This document shows positions 47,284 through 55,777 of a DNA stretch of 55,777 nucleotides, one piece after another (the stretch's first letter is position 1; each line of letters opens with the position of its first letter). The stretch comes from Aquihabitans sp. Lineage in GTDB: Bacteria; Actinomycetota; Acidimicrobiia; Acidimicrobiales; Iamiaceae. The stretch covers positions 1-55,777 of the forward strand of contig JBKJTA010000041.1 in NCBI GenBank assembly GCA_046594315.1. The letters are read 5' to 3'. A program made the position numbers and the translations under genes. Under the pieces are notes generated by a model that ran no database searches, was not told where the DNA came from, and saw nothing but the letters and a program-made list of their open reading frames with translations.

Positions 47284-49323
47284 GTGACGGAGGATCGATC
47301 GAGCTACTGCCGCATCTGTGCCGCGGCTTGCGGGATCGTGGTGACCGTCGAGGGCGAAGCGGTCGTGGGCGTGCGCGGTGATCCGGCGCACCCGGTCTCG
47401 CAGGGCTACACCTGCCCGAAGGGCCGAGCCCTCGGCGCCTTCCACCATGCGTCGAACCGGCTCGATCGGCCGAGGCTCCGGGGCCTCGACGCCGCGTGGG
47501 ACGACACCTTGGCCGACCTGGCCGCGTCGATCACCTCGGTCCGGACCGGTCACGGTCCCGATGCGCTCGGTTTCTACCTGGCCACCGGACTCGGGTTCGA
47601 CAGCGCCGGCCAGATCGCGTCGATGACCTGGTTCGCCAGCCAGCGCTCTCGTCAGCTCTACACGGCCGTGACGGTGGACAACGCGCCGATCCTGGTGGCT
47701 GCGGAGCAGGTGACCGGTTCCGCCATGCTCAACCCGGTGTGGGATCCGGCCCGGCCTGGCCTGCTGCTGCTGTTCGGCACCAACCCGGTGGTCTCGCACG
47801 GCTACGGCACCGCCCTTCCCGACCCGGTCGTGCACCTCCGTCGCTACCGATCCGCCGGTGGCCGGGTGTGGGTGCTCGACCCGCGACGCAGCGAGACCGC
47901 GGCCCACGCCGACCGGTTCCTGCCCGTTCGCCCTGGCTCCGACGTGGCCGTGTTGGCCTGGCTGTGCGCCGAGCTGCTGGCCGAGGGGGCCGACGCCGAT
48001 GAACTGGCCCACCGCTGTGATCCCGACGAGGTGGCGGCCCTTCGGGTCGCGGTCGCGCCGTTCACCCTGGAGCGAGCGGCCCGCACCTCAGGGTTGGCCG
48101 AAGTCGATCTGGCCGAGCTTCGGGCCGACGTTCGGGACCACGCCGGCCGGCTGGCCGTGATGTGCGGGACCGGGCTCACCATGGGACGCGATGGCGTCGT
48201 GGCCGAATGGCTCCGGTGGGCCTTGCTGATCCTGAGCGGGTCGCTGGACCGCGAGCAGGGGATGCGGTTCAACCGCGGGGCGATCGCCCACCCCACCGCC
48301 CCGCCCAAGCCTGCACCCACCCGGCCGGGGCCTCCCAGTCGGCCCGAGCTGCCCAGCGTCCTCGGCCAGTACCCGTGCGTGGCGCTGGTGGACGAGATCG
48401 AGGCCGGCAACCTGCGGGCGCTGTTCCTGGGCGGGGGCAACCCGATCACGGCGTTCCCCGAACCGGACCGGACCCGGGCCGCGCTGGCGTCGTTGGACGT
48501 ACTGGCGGTGGTCGATGTCGTCGACAGCGAACTGACCGAGCTGGCCACCCACGTGCTGCCGGCCACCGGTCAGCTGGAGCGGGCCGACTTGACGTTGGCG
48601 GAGGCGGTGGCCGTGCGGTCCGGCCTCCAGTACACCGCCCCCGTGGTGGCCCCGGTGGCCGACCGCAAGCCCGTGTGGTGGATCTTCGCCCAGCTGGCCC
48701 GGCGCCTCGGCGGGGATCTGCTGGGCGGAGTGGACCCGGATCTGCTCACCGACGAGCTCTACCTCGGCGGCGTGCTCGGCCACTCCACGCTCGATCCCGC
48801 CATGGTGGTGGCAGCCGGGCCGCACGGGGTCGACGTGGCCCACGAGTACCGGTGGGTGGCCGACACGGTGCTGCCCGGCGGCCGGTGGCGGATCGGCCCG
48901 CCCGGGCTGATCCAGCGCCTGTTCGACCACGTGCCTGCGGGCGAGGCGCCGGGTTTGGTGCTGACCAACCGGCGAGACGTCCGGCGCCTCAACTCCCTCG
49001 ACTACGCCGGCGTCTCGCGAGGCCGGAGCCCCGAGCCGATCGCTCGCCTGCACCCCGACGATGCTGCGCCGCGAGGGCTCGAGGACGGCGGGCGCGCGTG
49101 CGTCACCAGTGCCCACGGGGCGGTCGATGTGTCCGTGCGGGTGGACCAGGCCATCGCGGTGGGGACCGTCTCGGTGAACCACGGCCGGGCCGGTGGCAGC
49201 GTGGCCGAACTCACCAGTGGCACGGTCGATGTTGATCCGTTGACCACCATGCCGCTGGCTTCCGGGCTCCCGGTGGAGGTGGCCGCAGCCGCGGTGACGG
49301 GCCCCGGTGGTGAGTTGTCGTGA
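47284..49323 (+). CDS. Molybdopterin-dependent oxidoreductase (DMSO reductase superfamily)
   Basis: CRICAAACG..CPKG Fe-S motif, GTNP..SH, DPRRSETA, GGNP and LHPDDA..S.HG. Confidence 0.92.
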   Translation: MTEDRSSYCRICAAACGIVVTVEGEAVVGVRGDPAHPVSQGYTCPKGRALGAFHHASNRLDRPRLRGLDAAWDDTLADLAASITSVRTGHGPDALGFYLATGLGFDSAGQIASMTWFASQRSRQLYTAVTVDNAPILVAAEQVTGSAMLNPVWDPARPGLLLLFGTNPVVSHGYGTALPDPVVHLRRYRSAGGRVWVLDPRRSETAAHADRFLPVRPGSDVAVLAWLCAELLAEGADADELAHRCDPDEVAALRVAVAPFTLERAARTSGLAEVDLAELRADVRDHAGRLAVMCGTGLTMGRDGVVAEWLRWALLILSGSLDREQGMRFNRGAIAHPTAPPKPAPTRPGPPSRPELPSVLGQYPCVALVDEIEAGNLRALFLGGGNPITAFPEPDRTRAALASLDVLAVVDVVDSELTELATHVLPATGQLERADLTLAEAVAVRSGLQYTAPVVAPVADRKPVWWIFAQLARRLGGDLLGGVDPDLLTDELYLGGVLGHSTLDPAMVVAAGPHGVDVAHEYRWVADTVLPGGRWRIGPPGLIQRLFDHVPAGEAPGLVLTNRRDVRRLNSLDYAGVSRGRSPEPIARLHPDDAAPRGLEDGGRACVTSAHGAVDVSVRVDQAIAVGTVSVNHGRAGGSVAELTSGTVDVDPLTTMPLASGLPVEVAAAAVTGPGGELS

Positions 49324-49427
49324 GGCGAGCCCGGACACGGATTTGACCCGCAGGGGGGCTGTGGACCCTAGGGTGGTGGTTGAGGGCGTTCCAAAAAGGG
49401 GCCGTCCCACTGTGAAAGAGAAAAAAA

Positions 49428-49628
49428 ATGGCTACTGGTACCGTCAAGTTCTTCAACGCTGAGAAGGGCTTCGGCTTCATCTCCCGGGAGCAGGGTGACG
49501 ACGTGTTCGTCCACTTCTCCAACATCCAGGGCGAGGGCTACAAGTCCCTCGACGAGGGGCAGAACGTCGAGTTCGACGTCGCTCCCGGGCGCAAGGGCGA
49601 AGAAGCCCAGAACGTTCGCGTGATCTGA
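49428..49628 (+). CDS. cspA: Cold-shock protein
   Basis: KGFGFI and VFVHFS RNP motifs; 66 aa. Confidence 0.97.
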   Translation: MATGTVKFFNAEKGFGFISREQGDDVFVHFSNIQGEGYKSLDEGQNVEFDVAPGRKGEEAQNVRVI

Positions 49629-49648
49629 CCTTTCCGGTCTGATCTGGT

Positions 49649-49689
49649 CACGAGCCGCCGGCCTTCGGGTCGGCGGCTCGTGGCTTTTT
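49649..49689 (+). terminator. Intrinsic terminator after csp
   Basis: CACGAGCCGCCGGCC-ttcg-GGTCGGCGGCTCGTG followed by GCTTTTT. Confidence 0.9.
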
Positions 49690-49693
49690 CGGG

Positions 49694-50893
49694 TCAGCCG
49701 GCGTCCACGAGGCGGGTGATCGTGCCGGTCCCCGACAGCACGTAGGCCTCGCCGTCGGCATCGGTGCCGAACGAGATGGGCGAGGCCACCGCCACGCCCA
49801 GGTCGTACTCGGCAGCGAGTTTCCCGTTCGCGTCGAGGCGAAGCGCTCGCACCCGCCCGGCGCAGTAGTCGGCGAACAGGTATGCCCCGTCGAGACTGGG
49901 CACGTCCTTCCCGTGGTAGACGAACCCACCCGTGATCGAGCAGTTGCCGTTCGCATGGGAGTACTCGAACACGGGAGGTACGGGGTCCTGGCCGGTGCGG
50001 CCCGGGGCCTTCACGTTCGGATTGGGGTGGGTGCCTTCGAAGGTGCTCCACCCGAGGTTGGTGCCATCGATCTTGCCGGCCGCGAGGTGGTTCACCTCCT
50101 CCCAGGCGTTCTGGCCCACGTCGCCGATCCACAGGCTCCCGTCGGTGTCGAACGACAAGCGCCAAGGGTTGCGCACGCCGCTGATCACGATCTCGGGCCT
50201 CCCGCCATCTGGGTCGAGCCTGACGATCTTGCCCAGGAAGGTCCTGGGGTTCTGGGCGCGGTTCTGGGGGTCGTCGGCTGCGCCGCCGTCGCCCAATCCG
50301 AACCAGATCTTGCCGTCGGGGCCCATCAGGACGTGGCCGCCGTTGTGGTTGGGGTAGGGCTGGTCCACGGCCAGCAGCACCTTGCGGCTCTCGCCATCGA
50401 CCGTGCCCTCGCCGCTCACGGCATAGGACACCAGCCGGGTGTCGCCGTCCGGGTCGGTGTGGCTGACGTAGAGCGTGCGGCCGTCGGCCGAAAAAGCGAT
50501 GCCGAGCAGGCCTCGTTCCACGTCGGTGGTGGTCTGGCTGGTGAGGTCGAGCACGGGTTCGCCGTCGGGGTCCAGGGTGCGGCCCCCGCCGGACACGGTC
50601 AGCCGCCGGATGGTGCCGGCTCGCTCGGCCACCCACAGGTGATCGTCTCCCGGGCGGGCCACGAGGTCGATCGGCGCCTCGAGCGTGGCCGCCACCGTTC
50701 CGGTCACCGTGGGCTCGCCGGTCGGAACAGTGGTGGTGTCCGGTCCTCCGCTGGTCCCGCTGCCGCCGGGTGGATCGACGCGCTGGGTCGACGACACCGG
50801 TGCTCCCGAGGTCTCACCCCCGCTGCCACATGCGGCGAGCAGGCCGAGCGAGAGCGCGACGCAGGCCGCCGCCACCGTGCTGCGTGCGGTCAT
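49694..50893 (-). CDS. PQQ-dependent glucose/sorbosone dehydrogenase family lipoprotein
   Basis: LLAAC lipobox, ERGLLG, NHNGG, GDGG, RNPWR and DVGQ. Confidence 0.9.
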   Translation of the reverse strand: MTARSTVAAACVALSLGLLAACGSGGETSGAPVSSTQRVDPPGGSGTSGGPDTTTVPTGEPTVTGTVAATLEAPIDLVARPGDDHLWVAERAGTIRRLTVSGGGRTLDPDGEPVLDLTSQTTTDVERGLLGIAFSADGRTLYVSHTDPDGDTRLVSYAVSGEGTVDGESRKVLLAVDQPYPNHNGGHVLMGPDGKIWFGLGDGGAADDPQNRAQNPRTFLGKIVRLDPDGGRPEIVISGVRNPWRLSFDTDGSLWIGDVGQNAWEEVNHLAAGKIDGTNLGWSTFEGTHPNPNVKAPGRTGQDPVPPVFEYSHANGNCSITGGFVYHGKDVPSLDGAYLFADYCAGRVRALRLDANGKLAAEYDLGVAVASPISFGTDADGEAYVLSGTGTITRLVDAG

Positions 50894-51759
50894 CCGGGCG
50901 GTGCGGGGTGAACGGTGCGGATCAGACCCTCCTGCACGACCGAGATCGCGAGGTCGCCGCTGGGCGTGAAAAAGAGGCCGCGGGCGATGCCCCGACCGCC
51001 CGATGCCGACGGCGTGTCCTGGTCGTAGAGGAGCCACTCATCGGCTCGGAAGGGCCGGTGGAACCACATGGCATGGTCGAGGCTGGCCATCTGGACCTCC
51101 TCGTTCATGAACGCCCCCGGATGGGGGAGCAGCGCCGTGTCGAGCAGCGTCATGTCCGACAGGTAGGTGACCACGCAGGCGTGGAGCACGGGATCATCCG
51201 GTAGGACGCCGTTGGCCTTGGCCCAGACCCGGTGGCGTGGCGGCAGCGGCTCGCGGCGGTCGCCGGGGGTCCAGTCGACGTAGCGCACGTCGATGGGCCG
51301 GGGCCGGAGGTACCAGTCGCCAAGTTCGTGGGCGAACGGCGCCCAGCGGGTCTGGAAGTCGTCGATCTCGTCTGGTGGGGTGACCCCTTCCGGCATCTCG
51401 AACTGGTGGGTGTACCCGCCCTCGTGCACGTGGAACGAGGCCGACAGGTTGAAGATCGGTCGGCCGTGCTGGATGGCCACCACCCGGCGAGTGGTGAAGG
51501 AGCGGCCGTCGCGCATGCGGTCGACCTCGTAGAGAATCGGCACCTTGGGGTCGCCGGGCCGCAGGAAGTAGGCGTGCAGCGAGTGGATCGTGCGGTCTGG
51601 CTCGACCGTTCTCGACGCCGCCACCAACGCCTGGCCCGCCACCTGTCCCCCGAAGACCCGCTGGACGTCGATGTCTGGACTGACCCCGCGAAACACGTTG
51701 AGTTCGATGTTCTCGAGATCGAGCAGCCCGATCAGTTGGTCGACGGCGCTCTGTTCCAC
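50890..51759 (-). CDS. tesB: Acyl-CoA thioesterase II
   Basis: VFGGQV, HSLHAYFL, RDGRSF, YLSD, ASLDHAMWFH and QEG. Confidence 0.95.
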   Translation of the reverse strand: MEQSAVDQLIGLLDLENIELNVFRGVSPDIDVQRVFGGQVAGQALVAASRTVEPDRTIHSLHAYFLRPGDPKVPILYEVDRMRDGRSFTTRRVVAIQHGRPIFNLSASFHVHEGGYTHQFEMPEGVTPPDEIDDFQTRWAPFAHELGDWYLRPRPIDVRYVDWTPGDRREPLPPRHRVWAKANGVLPDDPVLHACVVTYLSDMTLLDTALLPHPGAFMNEEVQMASLDHAMWFHRPFRADEWLLYDQDTPSASGGRGIARGLFFTPSGDLAISVVQEGLIRTVHPAPPG

Positions 51760-51904
51760 CCGACCATCGTCGCGCGCGCGCCTGCGCCCTCGTTCCGGCC
51801 ACCTGCAGGAGCACGATCGCGGCTCGTCCAACGGCGGGCCGTGACGCTCCCCGGGGGTGCGCCATGACCTTTGGGCCGGGTGCCGGGGGTACCATCGGGA
51901 CTCC

Positions 51905-52453
51905 GTGAACCTCTCGCCGTCTGCCCTCATCGAACACAGCCGCACCGAGGCCGGTCGTCGAGCCATGCGCTACGTCGCCACGTCTGGCTTCGGCGTGATC
52001 TCCACCCAGATCCTGTTGTTCCTCTTCCTGCACGAGATCAAGTGGAAGCCGGTGCCGGCGAACTTCGTGGCCGTGAGTTTGGTGGCCGTGCCGGCCTTCA
52101 TGCTCAACAAGTACTGGGTCTGGGGCAAGCGTGGGAAGGCCCACATGCGTCGTGAGGTCCTGCCGTTCTGGATCTTCACCGTGGCTGGCTGGTTCCTGTC
52201 GACGGTGGCGGTGATCTTGGTGGCCAACGCCACCAAGAACCCCGATGTCGAGAGCCTGAGAGATGGCAACAAGTACGCCGTGCAGGCTGCCAACATCACC
52301 GGCTTCGGCATCCTCTGGGTGCTGAAGTACATGTTCCTCGACAAGATCATGTTCGGGCCCGAGCACCACACGCCCTACGACGAGGACATCGAGATCGAGG
52401 AAGCCGCGCTGGAGGGCCATGCCCCGGACCAGGCGCCCCTCCCCGCCGAATAG
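51905..52453 (+). CDS. GtrA family membrane protein
   Basis: Four TM helices; AN and NKYWVW motifs. Confidence 0.8.
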   Translation: MNLSPSALIEHSRTEAGRRAMRYVATSGFGVISTQILLFLFLHEIKWKPVPANFVAVSLVAVPAFMLNKYWVWGKRGKAHMRREVLPFWIFTVAGWFLSTVAVILVANATKNPDVESLRDGNKYAVQAANITGFGILWVLKYMFLDKIMFGPEHHTPYDEDIEIEEAALEGHAPDQAPLPAE

Positions 52454-52514
52454 GTCCGCGGCGGCAAGTTGCGGGCTGCAGCCCGAACGTCTGCCGCCGC
52501 TAGGTTCCCGAGCC

Positions 52515-53159
52515 GTGACCGATGCTGTTCCTGCCATGGCCCCCGCTGTCCTGGAAGCGGCCGTGGCCGCCCGCGGGTTCATGCCCACCGACGAGGGCAA
52601 CGCTCTGTGGGTGGCGGCCAACGAGGCGGCGGCCACGGTGGCCGATGCGCCGTTCCTGGAGATCGGGTCCTACTGCGGCAAGTCGTCGATCTGGCTGGGG
52701 GCGGCGGCCGCTGCCCACGACACGGTCCTGTTTGCCCTCGACCACCACCGCGGGTCGGAGGAGAACCAGGCGGGATGGGAGCATCACGAAGCCGACCTGG
52801 TCGACCCCGAGGTTGGCCGCATGGACACGCTGCCGCGGTTCCGCCGGGCGGTGTTCGACGCCGGCCTCGAGCCCTCGGTGGTGGCCCTGGTGGGCGATTC
52901 GCCCACCGTCGGCCGGTTCTGGACCACGCCCCTGGCGCTGCTGTTCATCGACGGGGGCCACGGCACCGAACCGGCCCACCGCGACTACGAGCAATGGTCG
53001 CCCCACGTCGCCCCCGGCGGCATCCTCTGCATCCACGACGTGTTCCCGGACCCCGCCGACGGCGGCCGCCCGCCGTTCGAGATCTACCAGCGGGCCCTCG
53101 CCGACGGTTTCACCGACCGCCGCGCCGTCGGCTCCCTCCGCGTCCTGACCCGCACCTGA
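52515..53159 (+). CDS. Class I SAM-dependent methyltransferase (Methyltransf_24-like)
   Basis: LEIGSYCGKS, DHHRGSEE, FIDGGH and IHD. Confidence 0.9.
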   Translation: MTDAVPAMAPAVLEAAVAARGFMPTDEGNALWVAANEAAATVADAPFLEIGSYCGKSSIWLGAAAAAHDTVLFALDHHRGSEENQAGWEHHEADLVDPEVGRMDTLPRFRRAVFDAGLEPSVVALVGDSPTVGRFWTTPLALLFIDGGHGTEPAHRDYEQWSPHVAPGGILCIHDVFPDPADGGRPPFEIYQRALADGFTDRRAVGSLRVLTRT

Positions 53160-53176
53160 CGCAATTCGAGTCGCGA

Positions 53177-53260
53177 TCTTGCGGGGATCGGCGTCGTACA
53201 GCGACGGCGGCTCCCCGCAAGAACGATTTTGCTGCCTGCGACGCGGATCCCCGCCAGAAC
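53177..53260. repeat. Palindromic element with duplicated right arm between convergent genes
   Basis: TCTTGCGGGGA..TCCCCGCAAGA followed by a second arm GATCCCCGCCAGAAC. Confidence 0.65.
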
Positions 53261-53266
53261 GGCGAC

Positions 53267-54346
53267 TCAGTCGCGAAGGGCGGGGTCGTCGTCGGCGATG
53301 TCGAGGAGGCGGGGGAGGACCGCGTCGTGGTCCGTGAAGAGGGCCGAGGCGGGGCCGCGGCCGTCGAGGGCGTCGGCGGCCAACACCACCGATGCCGCGG
53401 TGTACGTGCTCTGCTCGTCGGCCGGAAACCGGGCCAGGTCTGGGTAGACGGTGCCCGTCCAGTAGCGGCCCGACTCCACGCGGTACTGCTGCACCCAGGA
53501 GAAGAGCTGCTCGGCCGTCCGACGCTCGCCGACGGCGAGGTGGGCGAGCATGCACTCACACGTCTCGGCCACGGTGATCCACGGGCGGTCCTTGACGCAC
53601 CGCACGCCGCGGCCGTCGTCGACGAAGGTATCGAACCGGTCGGCCAAGCGGGCCCGGCCGACGTCGCCCAACAGCACGCCACCGAGCACCGGGTAGTACC
53701 AGTCCATGGCCCAGCGGTGCTTGGGGGCGAAGGCGTCGGCCTCCTGGTGGCGGATGACGTCGGCCAGGAGGGCGGCGGAGAGCTCCCAGTCCGGGCGCTC
53801 GTGGCCCAGGAGCTCGGCCAGGGCGATGGCACAGCGGAGGCTGTGACAGATGCTGGACGAGCCGGTGAGCAGCGCAAACGGCCACGGGGTGCCATCGGCG
53901 TGGCGGGCCCAGAGGATCTCGCCTCGGGGCTGCTGGAGATCGAGCACGAAGTCGATCGCATTCTCGACCACCGGCCAGAGGGTCTCGGCGAAGCCGCGGT
54001 CTTCGGTGAGGAGCCAGTGGTGCCACACACCGGCGGCGATGTAGGCGACCACGTTGGCATCGAGCTTGTCCTGCTCGACGCTGTCTTCCAGGTAGTACTG
54101 GTGCCAGGCGCCATCAGGGCGCTGGAGGCCGACGAGCCAGTCGTAGGCCCGTTCGGCATCGGCCACTCGGCCGCCCAGGGCGAGGGCCATGGCCGCTTCC
54201 ACGTGGTTCCACGGATCGGCGTGACCGCCCGGGGTCCACGGCACCATGCCCGAGGGCAGCTGCCATTCGGCGATGGCGTCGACCGTGGCCTGCACCTCGG
54301 CCCCTGTGATGATTCCCGGGACGGCGGGAACGACGATCTCAGACAC
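53267..54346 (-). CDS. Alpha/alpha-barrel protein of prenyltransferase/squalene-oxidase-repeat type
   Basis: DPWNHVEAAMAL, QRPDGAW-type QW repeats, MDWYYP, VAETCE and YWTG. Confidence 0.75.
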   Translation of the reverse strand: MSEIVVPAVPGIITGAEVQATVDAIAEWQLPSGMVPWTPGGHADPWNHVEAAMALALGGRVADAERAYDWLVGLQRPDGAWHQYYLEDSVEQDKLDANVVAYIAAGVWHHWLLTEDRGFAETLWPVVENAIDFVLDLQQPRGEILWARHADGTPWPFALLTGSSSICHSLRCAIALAELLGHERPDWELSAALLADVIRHQEADAFAPKHRWAMDWYYPVLGGVLLGDVGRARLADRFDTFVDDGRGVRCVKDRPWITVAETCECMLAHLAVGERRTAEQLFSWVQQYRVESGRYWTGTVYPDLARFPADEQSTYTAASVVLAADALDGRGPASALFTDHDAVLPRLLDIADDDPALRD

Positions 54347-55109
54347 GAACGGGCTCCCGGTTCTGGGACTTCGAGGGGGACGATCCGGTCCGGGCCGGCT
54401 TGCTGGCGTAGAGCACCAGGCTCTTGCCCAACACGGGGTTCAGGACCTTCTCGGTCCAGCGGGTGAGCTTGGGCGCCTTGGTGATGTCCCACACCAGAAG
54501 GCGGTGGTACGCCCCCACCAAGCGGTTGGTGTCGTTGGTGGGGCCGACGGCGCACTTCAGCCACCAGTACGGCGAGTGCAGGGCGTGGGCGTGGTGGGCC
54601 ACGCCCGGCTCCAGGCCGGCACCGGCGAAGCGGGCCCGGAGCGCCTTCTCGGTGAAGATGCGCACGTGGCCACCCTCCACGAAGGGGGCGTGGTACTCGT
54701 CGTTGATGGCCCAGCAGACCTTCTCGGGGAGCCAGGTGGGGACGGTCACGGCGATGGTCCCACCGGGCTTGAGGACCCGGGCGAGCTCCGAGGCGGCCGC
54801 GGCGTCGTCGGGGATGTGCTCCATGACCTCGGAGCAGATGATGTGGTCGAAGGTGTCGTCGGGGAACGGCAGGCGGGTGCCATCGCCGTTGACGGTGGCC
54901 GCGGTGGTTCCGGCCGGGGCTTCGCCCGCGGTGCCCATGGCGGCGAACAGCCCGGACACGTCCTTGAGGTCGGCGAGGGAGTAGTCGAGGGCGATGATGT
55001 GGGCGCCTCGGCGGTACACCTCGAACGCGTGGCGGCCGGCTCCGGCCCCCATGTCGAGGACGAGGTCTCCGGGCTTCAGGCCCAGGCGGGGAAAATCGAC
55101 GGTGAGCAT
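54339..55109 (-). CDS. Class I SAM-dependent methyltransferase (type 11)
   Basis: LDMGAGAG, LPFPD, EVMEH and RVLKPGG. Confidence 0.92.
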   Translation of the reverse strand: MLTVDFPRLGLKPGDLVLDMGAGAGRHAFEVYRRGAHIIALDYSLADLKDVSGLFAAMGTAGEAPAGTTAATVNGDGTRLPFPDDTFDHIICSEVMEHIPDDAAAASELARVLKPGGTIAVTVPTWLPEKVCWAINDEYHAPFVEGGHVRIFTEKALRARFAGAGLEPGVAHHAHALHSPYWWLKCAVGPTNDTNRLVGAYHRLLVWDITKAPKLTRWTEKVLNPVLGKSLVLYASKPARTGSSPSKSQNREPVRV

Positions 55110-55130
55110 TGGTGCGTCTGGTCTCTTCCG

Positions 55131-55777
55131 TTACTTGGCCAGCAGAGCGCGGTACTGCTCGACCGTCTTCTCGGCCGTGTGGCGCCAGCTCCAGTGGTCG
55201 ATCACCCGCTGGCGGCCGGCTTCGCCGACCTTGGCGGCTTCCGCGGGGTGGTCGAACACCCAGGCGATCTTGGCGGCGAGGGCGCCGCTGTCTCCAGGCG
55301 GCACCGAGAAGGCGGTCTCGCCATCGGGGCCGACGACCTCGGGGATGGCGCCGCCGGTGGTGGCCACCAGCGGGATGGCGCACGACATGGCCTCGATGGC
55401 GGGAAGCGAGAAGCCCTCGTAGAGCGACGGGACCACGGCCACCTCGGCCTCGGAGTAGAGCTCGACGATGCGTTCGTCGGTGACTCCGGAGACGAACGTG
55501 ATGGCGTCTTCCAGGCCCAGCTCGGCGATGGTGCGAGCCGATTCGCCGCCTTCCTTGGGCCGACCGATCACCGTGAGGGTCACGTCGGGGCGCTCGGTGC
55601 GGAGCTTGGCCACCGCCTCGAGCAGGTAACGCAGGCCCTTCATGGCCACATCGGCGCTGGCCGTGGTGATCAGCATCCCCGGCGTACGGGTGATGCCGGG
55701 GATCGGCTTGAACAGCTCCGGATCCACTCCGACGGGCACGATGTGCATCTTCTCGGGGCTGACCTTGTGGTCGTGGC
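55131..55777 (-). CDS. GT4 glycosyltransferase (3' part; gene begins beyond the window)
   Basis: KG..YL and VPSLYEGFSLPAIEAM. Confidence 0.93.
   Translation of the reverse strand, partial: HDHKVSPEKMHIVPVGVDPELFKPIPGITRTPGMLITTASADVAMKGLRYLLEAVAKLRTERPDVTLTVIGRPKEGGESARTIAELGLEDAITFVSGVTDERIVELYSEAEVAVVPSLYEGFSLPAIEAMSCAIPLVATTGGAIPEVVGPDGETAFSVPPGDSGALAAKIAWVFDHPAEAAKVGEAGRQRVIDHWSWRHTAEKTVEQYRALLAK

Noticed and set aside
49343-49374. TTGACC..TAGGGT as a -35/-10 pair for csp
   Set aside because: The spacer is 20 nt; the -10 may be real but the pairing is not supported.

Overview
A gene-dense, very GC-rich chromosomal segment from an actinobacterium. Gene content and style (DUF4214 repeats, PAC2, GlnD, leaderless promoters) suggest Acidimicrobiia, but that is an inference. 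It holds about 50 genes. In order: the 3' end of groEL; an MFS efflux pump; a ComB-like phosphatase; two decayed genes flanking an orphan lipoprotein; an AT3-SGNH acyltransferase; a two-gene type VII-like secretion module (FHA/FtsK ATPase plus one WXG100 protein); hemQ-larE; a surface-glycan locus (GH16, large secreted multidomain protein, CDP-alcohol phosphotransferase, cytidylyltransferase, Wzy/Wzz/Wzx, GT2, sulfotransferase, DUF4214 protease); an Rrf2 regulator preceded by a 59-aa four-Cys ORF missing from the supplied ORF track and divergent from a CoA-disulfide-reductase-like gene and glnD; PAC2; a 6C-like C-rich RNA candidate; several hydrolases; an MmpL transporter; a short family A DNA polymerase; a molybdopterin oxidoreductase; csp; tesB; and a GT4/methyltransferase/alpha-alpha-barrel cluster. 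A 51-bp palindromic element occurs twice. I saw no CRISPR array, tRNA, rRNA, integrase or transposase. All family calls come from motif recognition by eye; no database was searched.
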